Shown piece after piece: positions 1 through 8,996 of a stretch of 62,714 nucleotides of DNA. Below the pieces are notes generated by a model. That model was not told where the DNA came from and did not search any database. It saw only the letters and a list, made by a program, of their open reading frames with translations. Within the stretch, counting starts at the first letter, position 1. Each line of letters starts with the position of its first letter. The stretch is from positions 1 to 62,714 of the forward strand of contig CAZSTA010000001.1 of the NCBI GenBank assembly GCA_964609495.1, written 5' to 3'. The stretch comes from an uncultured bacterium. Its GTDB lineage: Bacteria; CAZSTA01. The translations under genes and the position numbers were made by a program.

Positions 1-107
1 CGGTTCAGAAGCAGGTAGGACATAAGTGTCTAACCACTACTCAAATATACTCTAACTTTGCGCCAGAGCAGGTTAGGGAGGCTTATGATAAGGCTGGATT
101 CGAATAA
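1..107 (+). CDS. 3' end of a tyrosine recombinase/integrase (XerC/D-like), truncated by the window start
   Basis: Frame from nt 3 reads VQKQVGHKCLTTTQIYSNFAPEQVREAYDKAGFE*, matching the box II GH...TTxIY signature with the catalytic Tyr. Not in the ORF track. Confidence 0.75.
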   Translation, partial: VQKQVGHKCLTTTQIYSNFAPEQVREAYDKAGFE

Positions 108-173
108 ACTTACTATTAGCGTACTGTATAACAGTTCACAAATATACTGGTGAAATAGGAAAAAGAGCATTTA

Positions 174-544
174 GGAGCATATAAAATCGGGGATCTACTA
201 GGCGGCTAACCTCCTGTCCCAATGATCATCCCAATCTTCATTGAAGATTTTCACTCTCAATCTAGCAATACTATCTACTCCCTTCCTGCTCCAGATCACT
301 CCCCCTCCTCCAGCTCTATTATTCGCTTATATAACTCCCGCTTTATCTCCTGTCCCAAGCTATCTACATATCTTTCTATCTCATTGGCATTCTTATATTC
401 ATCTTTTAATTCTAGCTTCATCCGAAATTCTACCTCTCTTATTTCTTCTTCTCCTTTTCTTAATTTACTCCCTTCCTATTTCAGATCATTTCTCTCCTCT
501 TGTCCATACCTCTTTTTTTTCAAGATCCCCAATTTATATGCTTC
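174..544 (-). mobile_element. Internally deleted IS (MITE-like), probably ISLre2-family derived
   Basis: Imperfect terminal inverted repeats GGAGCATATAAAATCGGGGATCT (174-196) and the reverse complement of 523-544, GAAGCATATAAATTGGGGATCT. The minus strand holds out-of-frame fragments MKLELKDEYKNANEIERYVDSLGQEIKRELY (from 421) and WSRKGVDSIARLRVKIFNEDWDDHW (ending 198), which resemble transposase N- and C-termini. No target duplication seen. Confidence 0.6.
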
Positions 545-545
545 C

Positions 546-590
546 ACTTTATCCATTTCATACTGTAACTATATCTGCGATTAATTATGA
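546..590 (-). repeat. 45-bp repeat, left copy, inverted relative to 2509-2553
   Basis: Reverse complement TCATAATTAATCGCAGATATAGTTACAGTATGAAATGGATAAAGT matches 2509-2553 at 42/45 positions. Confidence 0.9.
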
Positions 591-692
591 CCACCCTCTC
601 ATTTAATTCAGCTTATGATATCTTATCCCAAAAATTATTTTTCTAATTATAACCTAAATTTTATTTTTTTACTAAAATTTTATATTTTCTTC

Positions 693-721
693 TTGACTCT
701 TTCTTGAAGATGTTGTAAAAT
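693..721 (+). promoter_or_regulatory. Sigma70-type promoter of the parA operon
   Basis: TTGACT-17 bp-TAAAAT, about 37 bp upstream of the TTG at 758. Confidence 0.6.
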
Positions 722-757
722 TGAAGATAATTAACTCTTTTTCGGAGTGTTGAAGAT

Positions 758-1735
758 TTGACCTTAATGATTAAGAAAATCTATAGACCTAAAGATTTAG
801 CTCAATTCTTAAATGTTACCCCCAGAACAATAATTAACTACGAAAAAGAAGGCAAGATAGAGAAAGCTCAGCGAGATAAGAACAACTGGCGCTACTATAC
901 TTATGAACAGATGAAACGCATCCTTATTCAGTTCGAAAAATGGGAAGAGGAAGCGGCTATCAAGGAGACCAGGGTAATAACTATCGCCAACCTGAAGGGC
1001 GGAACAGCAAAGACCACTACCGCTGTGAACTTAGCAGCTGGGTTGGCCATGATTGGAAACAAAGCTCTCCTAATAGATTTTGATCCCCAAGGCAACGCCA
1101 CCGAGTGCCTAGGTTTTGATCCTCTTTCATTTGAAAAGACTATTAAAGATATTATAGACGATTACGTAACTCTATTTCCTGAAGTTATTATAGATACTGA
1201 TATAGATAATCTGAGCCTGGTACCTGCCAATCTGAACTTCGCTATCGCAGAGGTAATCCTTCCCTCAAGGCATGGCGCAGATTTAGTGCTCAGGCAAAGG
1301 ATTAAACCCCTTCTTGGTGTCTACGATTTCATAGTCATCGACTGTTCACCGCATTTGGGCAAGCTCACGGTGAATGCTATCGTAGCCGCAACTGAGATAA
1401 TAATACCGGTAGAGATGAGCTATCTCTCTGTCAGAGGAATCCAACTTATGATGAACACTATCACCAGTATCAGTGCTGCCCTAGAACTCCGTCTCAGAAA
1501 GATAAGCATCCTTCCCACAAAATTTGATATACGTAATGCTAAAGATAATCAGATGCTGGAATTGCTCAGAAACACCTACAAGGATTCGGTGATGGAAACA
1601 ATAATCCACCAGAACGTTTCCCTCTCAGACAGCCAATCCGAGGGGAAGGTCATCTATCATTCCGTCCCGAACAGTAAAGGAGCAAAGGATTATAGCAAAC
1701 TTGTGGAGGAAGTGATGAAGAATGATAAGAGATAG
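758..1735 (+). CDS. parA: ParA/Soj-family ATPase with N-terminal MerR-type HTH
   Basis: MerR-like YRPKDLAQFLNVTPRTIINYEKEG..RDKNNWRYY, deviant Walker A KGGTAKTT, DFDPQGN, and YDFIVIDCSP. Confidence 0.9.
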   Translation: MTLMIKKIYRPKDLAQFLNVTPRTIINYEKEGKIEKAQRDKNNWRYYTYEQMKRILIQFEKWEEEAAIKETRVITIANLKGGTAKTTTAVNLAAGLAMIGNKALLIDFDPQGNATECLGFDPLSFEKTIKDIIDDYVTLFPEVIIDTDIDNLSLVPANLNFAIAEVILPSRHGADLVLRQRIKPLLGVYDFIVIDCSPHLGKLTVNAIVAATEIIIPVEMSYLSVRGIQLMMNTITSISAALELRLRKISILPTKFDIRNAKDNQMLELLRNTYKDSVMETIIHQNVSLSDSQSEGKVIYHSVPNSKGAKDYSKLVEEVMKNDKR

Positions 1736-2354
1736 AACAGGAAGGGCACAAAGCATAATGAAGAAGGGAAGCGAAGCAATGAAGAAGCTAACACTGGCTT
1801 CTCAGCAATTGCTTACCAAAGAGCTTCCGCCCTGGTATGAACTTACTGAAGGCGAAAAGAAGCTGTGCGAGTTCTTCACCTGCGATCCAGTCCCAGGCTT
1901 ACCAGTTGAGATATTCTCCGATATCGCACCAAGACAGACCAGGATGGAACATATCATCTATTGCCAGCTTTATAGCCTATCCTACCCTTATGGCTACAAG
2001 ATATGTAAAATCGGCTACGGCACTTTGCAGAAGAGATTGCCTTGGTATGATAACTTTATCAAAGGGGAGGCCACGCCCACTTCGCTAAATGGTATTAAGA
2101 AAGCTATACGCCTTCTTCAAAGGAATAATTATATTTTTCGCCTTACCGACAGAATAGGCAATACAGGTAGCTGGTATAGGGTGCTCTCAGTTCACGAGGT
2201 TCTCTCGGAGCGAGGACTTAAAAATAGTTTACTCCAAGACCTTAGTAGTATGCCATTAAGTGGTATACCACTAAGTAGCATGCCACTAAAGGAAATACCC
2301 GAAAAAACAAGAAAAGCGGTAGCTGAATTGTTGGAAGGTTCGACTCTTCCTTAG
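1722..2354 (+). CDS. Hypothetical winged-helix-like DNA-binding protein coupled to parA (partition or replication candidate)
   Basis: Overlaps the parA stop. The segment EHIIYCQLYSLSY..CKIGYGTLQKRL..SLNGIKKAIRLLQRNNYI..GSWYRV resembles Rep-type HTH proteins. No ParB CTPase motif seen. Confidence 0.55.
   Translation: MIRDRTGRAQSIMKKGSEAMKKLTLASQQLLTKELPPWYELTEGEKKLCEFFTCDPVPGLPVEIFSDIAPRQTRMEHIIYCQLYSLSYPYGYKICKIGYGTLQKRLPWYDNFIKGEATPTSLNGIKKAIRLLQRNNYIFRLTDRIGNTGSWYRVLSVHEVLSERGLKNSLLQDLSSMPLSGIPLSSMPLKEIPEKTRKAVAELLEGSTLP
2244..2288 (+). repeat. Three tandem 15-bp palindromic units inside the wHTH gene (iteron or parS-like)
   Basis: AGTAGTATGCCATTA / AGTGGTATACCACTA / AGTAGCATGCCACTA. The central AGTGGTATACCACT is a perfect 14-bp palindrome. 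Confidence 0.85.
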
Positions 2355-2508
2355 CCAACTAGGGATTTTATCACTGGCAAATGATTGCTGAAAAAGGGAG
2401 AAAGCTTAATCAAGGTAACATACTGCCGATCCAAAGCCGAATATAATTCCGGCAATTTACATAATCCAGAAGAACAGACTAAAAAGAAGATAGTTAATTG
2501 AGGGATGA

Positions 2509-2553
2509 TCATAATTAATCGCAGATACAGTTATAGTATGAAGTGGATAAAGT
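2509..2553 (+). repeat. 45-bp repeat, right copy
   Basis: TCATAATTAATCGCAGATACAGTTATAGTATGAAGTGGATAAAGT, an inverted copy of 546-590. Confidence 0.9.
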
Positions 2554-2691
2554 TGTAATTATTTAAAAGTGTAGTCTTAGGGCAGGTTCTCGAGGATTTA
2601 TGTCCACTCCTCACTAGGAGATAAGAGATCCCACAGACCAAAAAGGGAGGTGATAGTTTTTATATAGCAGAGAAGAGCCAAGTCTAGTGGT

Positions 2692-2711
2692 GTGGTTGAC
2701 ATCTTAACCAC
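2692..2711 (+). promoter_or_regulatory. Palindrome upstream of binding-protein gene 1 (operator or hairpin candidate)
   Basis: GTGGTTGACATCTTAACCAC has GTGGTT/AACCAC arms and contains TTGACA. It is conserved upstream of the paralog at 4825-4847. Confidence 0.4.
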
Positions 2712-2748
2712 GCGAATCTCAAAAAATTATAAAGGAGGCTTTAAAGTT

Positions 2749-4656
2749 ATGAGGAGATCATTACTTCTAATAGTCCTGTGTGTAAGCTTAATGTTGGTTA
2801 TTATCCCTACTTCCTTTGCTCAGAAGTATAACGAGGCACCTATGCTGGCAGAATTGGTAAAGGAAGGTAAGCTCCTCCCGGTGGAGGAGAGACTTCCAGA
2901 GGAACCATTCGTGGTAGAGCCGATAGAAGAAGTTGGACGCTACGGAGGAACGTTGCGGTTAGGTATGGTATCGGCTTCTTCTTGGGCTGAAGCTTCACAA
3001 TTTACGATGGAGTATATAATTATGAGGGATCAAAGGGATATGACCAAGTTAGTTCCCAGTATATGTGAGAGCTGGGAATTCTCCAATGAGGGGAAAACCT
3101 TTACTTTGCACTTTAGAAAAGGATTAAAGTGGTCCGATGGCCATCCCTTTACCGCCGATGACATACTCTTCTGGTGGGAAGATGTTATTATGAACGATGA
3201 GCTTAATCCAGTAAAGCCCACCAAATGGAGACCTGGGGGAGAATTGATGAATGTGGAAAAGGTGGATGACTGTACTGTCAATTACCACTTTGCGGTGCCT
3301 TACTATGCGGCGGTTTATCTCTTTGCTCAGGTAGCTGGGCATGGAAGTCAGGGGCAATGTTATATGCCAAAACATGCCCTAACCCAATATCACATAAAAT
3401 ATAACCCCGAAGCTCAGAAACTGGCCGAGGAGGCAGGATATGATACCTGGTGGCAACTATTTCAATATAAAGCACAACCTACAAGCACTGATAGTCAGCA
3501 ACATCCTGACATTCCTGTTATGGGAGCTTGGGCAATAAAGGAACTGCTTCCTGACGGAGCCATATGGGAACGTAACCCCTACTACTTTAAGGTAGATACC
3601 GCAGGAAATCAGCTACCTTATGTCGATCGTCTTAGAGGAGTTATGTTTAGGGATGCTCCTACCCTCCTTATGCTTATGACTACTGGTCAGATAGATTTCA
3701 GTAATGGTTGGGGGACTGGCATAGTTGATTATCCTACCCTTGTAAAAGGTGCGGAAGCGGGGGGATATCAATATCGGTTAGCCAAGGATCTATGGCCTTC
3801 AGCAGGTGTATATCACTTTAACCATAACTATAAGGAGAATCCAGCTTTAACAGAGTTTCTCAGAAACAAGAAATTCAGGCAAGCTCTATCTCTCGCTATC
3901 GATCGAGAGGAGATCGTAAAAGTAGTGGGTCTGGGAAATGGAGTTCCCTATCAAGCTACTTGTAATCCTGATTGCAGTTTCTATGAGGAGCGTTGGTCTA
4001 AAGCCTATACTGAGTATGATCCTGAGAGAGCCAACGCGATGTTGGATGAGATAGGCTTAACCGAGCGGGATGCTGAAGGATATCGCTTATTGCCCAACGG
4101 AGAACCTCTATCGTTAATCGTAGAGCAAACCGAGGATATGGCTTATTGGGTTCCCATAAATGAGCTGGTGAAGGAATACTGGGCAGACGTTGGGATCCGA
4201 GTGATTCCCAAGGTAGTAGAGCGTAGCCTTTACTGGACTCGCCTCGGTGCAGGAGAGATGCAGATTAATCTCTGGGTTTTAGATGCTTTTACGGAATACT
4301 GCCTTATCCCTAACCAAATGTCCAATCTACGAGCTTGGTGGTGGGCTCCCGAATGGTGGGCCTGGTGGGATACAGGAGGAGAATCAGGAGAAGAGCCTCC
4401 AGAAAAAATAAAGGAGATGCTCTCCTTATGTGATCAGATCCCCTCTCTTCCTCCCGAGGAGATGAGGAAGGTAGCCAAGCAGATACTTGATATGGAGGCT
4501 GAGGAGCTTTGGATGGTTGGAACCATAGGCTTCATAGGAAAACCCGCCATAGCGAAGATTGGCCTGGGAAATGTCAACAACGAAGCTCCTGGTGATGCCT
4601 GGGATGTTTGTGGCTCAAGAGCCGCGTGGGTAGAGCAAATATTCTGGAAGGAGTAA
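2749..4656 (+). CDS. ABC transporter substrate-binding protein, family 5 (peptide/oligosaccharide type), copy 1
   Basis: Signal peptide MRRSLLLIVLCVSLMLVIIPTSFA, YNEAPMLAELV..GKLLPVEERLP, and LRKGLKWSDGHPFTADD-like motif. ATG at 2749 follows GGAGG and gives the same length as copy 2. Confidence 0.9.
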   Translation: MRRSLLLIVLCVSLMLVIIPTSFAQKYNEAPMLAELVKEGKLLPVEERLPEEPFVVEPIEEVGRYGGTLRLGMVSASSWAEASQFTMEYIIMRDQRDMTKLVPSICESWEFSNEGKTFTLHFRKGLKWSDGHPFTADDILFWWEDVIMNDELNPVKPTKWRPGGELMNVEKVDDCTVNYHFAVPYYAAVYLFAQVAGHGSQGQCYMPKHALTQYHIKYNPEAQKLAEEAGYDTWWQLFQYKAQPTSTDSQQHPDIPVMGAWAIKELLPDGAIWERNPYYFKVDTAGNQLPYVDRLRGVMFRDAPTLLMLMTTGQIDFSNGWGTGIVDYPTLVKGAEAGGYQYRLAKDLWPSAGVYHFNHNYKENPALTEFLRNKKFRQALSLAIDREEIVKVVGLGNGVPYQATCNPDCSFYEERWSKAYTEYDPERANAMLDEIGLTERDAEGYRLLPNGEPLSLIVEQTEDMAYWVPINELVKEYWADVGIRVIPKVVERSLYWTRLGAGEMQINLWVLDAFTEYCLIPNQMSNLRAWWWAPEWWAWWDTGGESGEEPPEKIKEMLSLCDQIPSLPPEEMRKVAKQILDMEAEELWMVGTIGFIGKPAIAKIGLGNVNNEAPGDAWDVCGSRAAWVEQIFWKE

Positions 4657-4668
4657 GATAACTACTGA

Positions 4669-4695
4669 GGGAGATACTAGTTCTTAGTATCTCCC
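4669..4695 (+). terminator. Stem-loop after SBP copy 1
   Basis: GGGAGATACTA-gttct-TAGTATCTCCC, 11-bp stem. Confidence 0.65.
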
Positions 4696-4824
4696 GAATA
4701 GCTCCTAATTACTAACTATCAAAATTGAAGTAAGAGATATTACAGGCCAAAAAAGGAGGTGATGTAGATAAGATAAATAGTTTTCATATAGCAGAGAAGA
4801 GACTAGTCTAGCAAGCCTTTCTAG

Positions 4825-4847
4825 TGTGGTTGACATCTTAAACCACA
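4825..4847 (+). promoter_or_regulatory. Palindrome upstream of binding-protein gene 2
   Basis: TGTGGTT-gacatctta-AACCACA within a duplicated upstream region. Confidence 0.4.
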
Positions 4848-4884
4848 CAAATCTCAAAAAAATTATGAAGGAGGTTTTAAAATT

Positions 4885-6792
4885 ATGAGGAGATCATTAC
4901 CTCTAGTAGTCTTGTGTGTAAGCTTAATGTTGGTTGTTATACCCACTTCCTTTGCTCAGAAGTATAACGAGGCACCTATGCTGGCAGAATTGGTAAAGGA
5001 AGGTAAGCTCCCCCCGGTGGAGGAGAGGCTTCCAGAGGAGCCATTCGTATTAGAGCCGATAGAAATGATTGGACGATATGGAGGAACGGTGCGGGCTGCT
5101 ATGGTATCTGCTGCTACATGGTGCGAACCCTCACAATATACGATGGAGTGTATGATTATGAGGGATCAAAGGGATATAACTAAGTTGATCCCCAATATAT
5201 GCAAGAGCTGGGAATTCTCTAACGAAGGGAAGACCTTTACCTTGCATCTGAGGAAGGGATTGAAGTGGTCCGATGGTCATCTATTTACAACAGATGACAT
5301 ACTTTTCTGGTGGGAAGATTATATCCTGAACGATGAGATTGTTCCCGTAAAGCCCTCCCAGTGGAGACCTGGGGGAGAATTAATGAAGGTGGAAAAGGTG
5401 GATGACTATACCGTCAATTTCCATTTTGGGGTGCCTTACTATGCATCGCTCTATTTCTTTGCCCAAGTAGCTGGGTGGGGAGTTCAGGGACAATGTTATA
5501 TGCCGAAACATGCCCTAACCCAATATCACATAAAATATAACCCCGAAGCTCAGGAACTGGCCGAAGAGGAAGGATATGATTATTGGTGGCAGCTATTTCT
5601 ATATAAAGCACTACCTAGGAGCCGTGATGATCAGCAACATCCTGACATTCCTGTTCTGGGGGCTTGGGCAGTGAAGGAAGTGCTTCCTGACGGAGTTATA
5701 TGGGAACGTAATCCCTACTACTTCAAGGTAGATACCGCAGGCAATCAGCTGCCTTATGTCGATCGTCTTAGAGGGGTTATATTCAGAGATGCGGCTACCC
5801 TCATTATGCTTATGACTACTGGTCAGATAGATCTCAATTATGGTTGGGGAACTGGTATAATTGATTATCCTACCCTTGTGAAAAATGCGGAAGTGGGGGG
5901 ATATGAATACTGGTTAGCCAAGGATATATGGCCTTCAGCAGGTGTATATCACTTTAACCATAACTATAAGGATAATCCAGCTTTAACAGAGTTTCTCAGA
6001 AACAAAACGTTTAGACAAGCTCTATCCCTTGCCATTAATCGAGAGGAGATCATAAAAGTAGTGGGGATGGGAAATGGAGTTGCCTATCAGGCTACCTGTA
6101 ATCCTGATTGCAGTTTCTATGAGGAGCGTTGGTCTAAAGCCTATATTGAGTATGATCCTGAGAGAGCCAACGCGATGTTGGATGAGATAGGCTTAACCGA
6201 GCGGGATGCTGAAGGATATCGCTTATTGCCCAACGGAGAACCTCTATCGTTAATCGTAGAGCAAACCGAGGATATGGCTTATTGGGTTCCCATAAATGAG
6301 CTGGTGAAGGAATACTGGGCAGACGTTGGGATCCGAGTGATTCCCAAGGTAGTAGAGCGTAGCCTTTACTGGACTCGCCTCGGTGCAGGAGAGATGCAGA
6401 TTAATCTCTGGGTTTTAGATGGTTTCACGGAATACTGCCTTATCCCTAACCGAATGTCCAATCTACGAGCTTGGTGGTGGGCTCCTGAATGGTGGACCTG
6501 GTGGGATACAGGAGGAGAAGCAGGGGAAGAGCCTCCAGAAAAAATAAAGGAGATGCTCTCCTTATGTGATAAAAGTCCCTATCTTTCTCCAGAAGAAGTG
6601 AGAGAAGTAGCCAAGCAGGTATTTGACTTGCAAGCTGAGGAGCTTTGGATGGTTGGAACCATAGGCTTCATAGGAAAACCTGCGATAGCGAAGGTTGGCC
6701 TAGGAAATATCAACAAGACCGCTCCTGGTGATAGCCATGATGTCGGTGGCTCAAGAGCCGGGTGGCCAGAGCAAGTATTCTGGAAGGAATAA
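4885..6792 (+). CDS. ABC transporter substrate-binding protein, family 5, copy 2
   Basis: Close paralog of 2749-4656 with the same motifs and length (635 aa). Confidence 0.9.
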   Translation: MRRSLPLVVLCVSLMLVVIPTSFAQKYNEAPMLAELVKEGKLPPVEERLPEEPFVLEPIEMIGRYGGTVRAAMVSAATWCEPSQYTMECMIMRDQRDITKLIPNICKSWEFSNEGKTFTLHLRKGLKWSDGHLFTTDDILFWWEDYILNDEIVPVKPSQWRPGGELMKVEKVDDYTVNFHFGVPYYASLYFFAQVAGWGVQGQCYMPKHALTQYHIKYNPEAQELAEEEGYDYWWQLFLYKALPRSRDDQQHPDIPVLGAWAVKEVLPDGVIWERNPYYFKVDTAGNQLPYVDRLRGVIFRDAATLIMLMTTGQIDLNYGWGTGIIDYPTLVKNAEVGGYEYWLAKDIWPSAGVYHFNHNYKDNPALTEFLRNKTFRQALSLAINREEIIKVVGMGNGVAYQATCNPDCSFYEERWSKAYIEYDPERANAMLDEIGLTERDAEGYRLLPNGEPLSLIVEQTEDMAYWVPINELVKEYWADVGIRVIPKVVERSLYWTRLGAGEMQINLWVLDGFTEYCLIPNRMSNLRAWWWAPEWWTWWDTGGEAGEEPPEKIKEMLSLCDKSPYLSPEEVREVAKQVFDLQAEELWMVGTIGFIGKPAIAKVGLGNINKTAPGDSHDVGGSRAGWPEQVFWKE

Positions 6793-6802
6793 GATAATTA
6801 CT

Positions 6803-6833
6803 GAGGGAGATACTAGTTTTTAGTATCTCCCTC
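6803..6833 (+). terminator. Stem-loop after SBP copy 2 (attenuator or mRNA stabiliser before the permeases)
   Basis: GAGGGAGATACTA-gtttt-TAGTATCTCCCTC, 13-bp stem. Confidence 0.65.
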
Positions 6834-6852
6834 TCTCCATATAGGAGGAAAA

Positions 6853-7851
6853 ATGTCAGTTAAATTGTATATTATCCGGAGACTCTTTTATATGATTGTT
6901 CTCCTTTTTGTGATATCTATTGTAAGCTTTATCATCATTCAACTCCCCCCTGGGGATTATTTGAGCGCTTACATAGCCCAACTAAGGATGAGTGGCCAAA
7001 GGCTTGACGAAGCTCAGATCGCGTCCTTAACAAGACAATACGGTCTTGATTTACCAATTTATCAGCAGTATTTTAAATGGATATGGAACATACTCCGGGG
7101 AAATCTGGGCCGTTCTTTCCAGTGGAACAGACCGGTAGATGAGCTATTAGCTGAACGATTACCGATTACGTTGATTATTTCCTCACTTACCCTGATTTTT
7201 ACCTATGTTATGGCTGTTCCTATCGGGATCTACTCCGCTATACGACAATATTCTATATTTGACTATGCTTTTATCGTTATCGGTTTTATTGGGTTGGCAG
7301 TGCCCAATTTTCTTCTTGCTCTAGTGCTAATGTATCTTTTTTATCGATTTTTTGGAATTAGTCCTATGGGTCTCTTCTCACCTGCTTATGTAGATGCTTC
7401 CTGGAGTATGGCTAAATTTCTAGATATGCTGAGTCATATATGGGTTCCGATAATCGTTATCGGAACTGCTGGGACAGCGGGCATAATCCGGGTTATGAGA
7501 GGCTGTTTATTGGATGAGCTTAATAGACAGTATGTTATAACAGCTAGAGCTAAAGGGGTTTCAGAAAGGAGATTGCTCTTTAAATATCCAGTTAGAATGG
7601 CTATAAACCCTATAATAAGTACCGTAGGTTGGATACTACCGGGGATATTTTCTGGAGGAGCAATCACCGCTATAGTATTACGCTTGCCTACAATAGGGCC
7701 TTTGCTTTTGGATGCATTAATAGTGCAAGATATGTATCTAGCAGGAAGTATCGTACTAATATTATGTTTCTTGACAATAGTAGGAACTTTTATCTCCGAT
7801 ATTCTTTTGGCTTTAGCAGATCCTAGAATTAGATATGAGGCGAGGGAATAA
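6853..7851 (+). CDS. ABC permease, DppB/OppB-like
   Basis: YIIRRL..IIQLPPGDY, YGLDLP..QY.KW, and EAA-like YVITARAKGVSE. Confidence 0.9.
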   Translation: MSVKLYIIRRLFYMIVLLFVISIVSFIIIQLPPGDYLSAYIAQLRMSGQRLDEAQIASLTRQYGLDLPIYQQYFKWIWNILRGNLGRSFQWNRPVDELLAERLPITLIISSLTLIFTYVMAVPIGIYSAIRQYSIFDYAFIVIGFIGLAVPNFLLALVLMYLFYRFFGISPMGLFSPAYVDASWSMAKFLDMLSHIWVPIIVIGTAGTAGIIRVMRGCLLDELNRQYVITARAKGVSERRLLFKYPVRMAINPIISTVGWILPGIFSGGAITAIVLRLPTIGPLLLDALIVQDMYLAGSIVLILCFLTIVGTFISDILLALADPRIRYEARE

Positions 7852-8960
7852 TGGCAACAGGGACGATAGAAATTACCGCGGAAGAGAGAATGTATTTAGC
7901 TTCCCAGTGGGAGCTAATGTGGCGGAAATTTAAGAAGCATAAGTTAGCTATTATAAGTGGAGCGATATTGATTGTCCTCTATATAGTAGCTATCTTCTGT
8001 GAGTTTTTCTCTCCTTATAATCCATATAGACGCTTCGATTATACATACTGTCCCCCCCGAAAACTCCATTTCTTTGATAAGGGAAAGTTTAGTCTTAGAC
8101 CATTTGTCTATGGAATAAAAGAGGAACGGGATAAAGTTAGTTTTCAGATGCTCTATACTGAAGATGAAGATAAAAAGTATCCAATACATTTCTTCGTTCG
8201 AGGTGACAAATATAAGCTTTGGAGTTTATTCAAGATGGATATTCACCTATTTGGGGTAGATGAGGGGGGTTTTATTTCCCTGCTTGGAACGGATAAGTTA
8301 GGAAGAGACCTATTCACCAGGATTCTCACTGGAGCCCGAATATCTCTATCTATAGGATTGGTAGGTGTGTTCTTCAGCTTTATACTAGGTAGCATATTAG
8401 GAGGGATTTCAGGATATTTTGGGGGATCCATCGATATGGTTGTTCAAAGGATCATAGAATTCTTATTATCGATTCCAACGATTCCCTTGTGGATGGCTTT
8501 AAGTGCGGCTTTGCCCCCCGATTGGTCACCTCTTAAGACCTATTTTGGAATCACTATTGTCCTTTCTATTGTGGGTTGGTGCGGTTTAGCTCGGGTAGTT
8601 AGAGGAAAATTTTTGCAAATACGAGTAGAAGATTTTGTTATGGCCGCAAGACTCGGAGGATCGAGTGAGTTCAGGGTAATAATGAGGCATATCCTCCCCA
8701 GTTGTCTGAGTTATCTAATAGTAAGCATTACTTTATCCATCCCTGGGATGATATTAGGAGAAACAAGTTTAAGTTTTCTCGGGCTTGGACTTCGTCCTCC
8801 GGTGGTTAGCTGGGGCGTTCTACTAAAGGATGCCCAAAATCCCCACTCATTATATGTTTATCCCTGGTTGCTCATTCCTGCAATCTTTGTAATTGTTACA
8901 GTATTAGCCTTCAATGGTGTAGGTGATGGCTTACGTGATGCCGCTGATCCTTATAGGTAG
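7851..8960 (+). CDS. ABC permease, DppC/OppC-like
   Basis: LGTDKLGRDLFTRI, FVMAARLGG, RHILP, FLGLGLRPPVVSWG and GDGLRDAADP. Confidence 0.9.
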   Translation: MATGTIEITAEERMYLASQWELMWRKFKKHKLAIISGAILIVLYIVAIFCEFFSPYNPYRRFDYTYCPPRKLHFFDKGKFSLRPFVYGIKEERDKVSFQMLYTEDEDKKYPIHFFVRGDKYKLWSLFKMDIHLFGVDEGGFISLLGTDKLGRDLFTRILTGARISLSIGLVGVFFSFILGSILGGISGYFGGSIDMVVQRIIEFLLSIPTIPLWMALSAALPPDWSPLKTYFGITIVLSIVGWCGLARVVRGKFLQIRVEDFVMAARLGGSSEFRVIMRHILPSCLSYLIVSITLSIPGMILGETSLSFLGLGLRPPVVSWGVLLKDAQNPHSLYVYPWLLIPAIFVIVTVLAFNGVGDGLRDAADPYR

Positions 8961-8996
8961 AAGCAGAGAAGAAAGAAGCATACTTATTATGTTCGA

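Noticed and set aside
108-175. ACTGTATAACAGT palindrome as a dif site or SOS box
   Set aside because: The spacing does not fit CTGT-N8-ACAG and there is no XerC/XerD arm match. Too short to support.
222-606. ORF-track ORFs 222-584 and 241-606
   Set aside because: Ser/Leu-rich shadows of the purine-rich minus-strand IS remnant, with no RBS or family motif.
2244-2288. The 15-bp arrays as CRISPR
   Set aside because: Units are contiguous with no unique spacers, and there are no cas genes.
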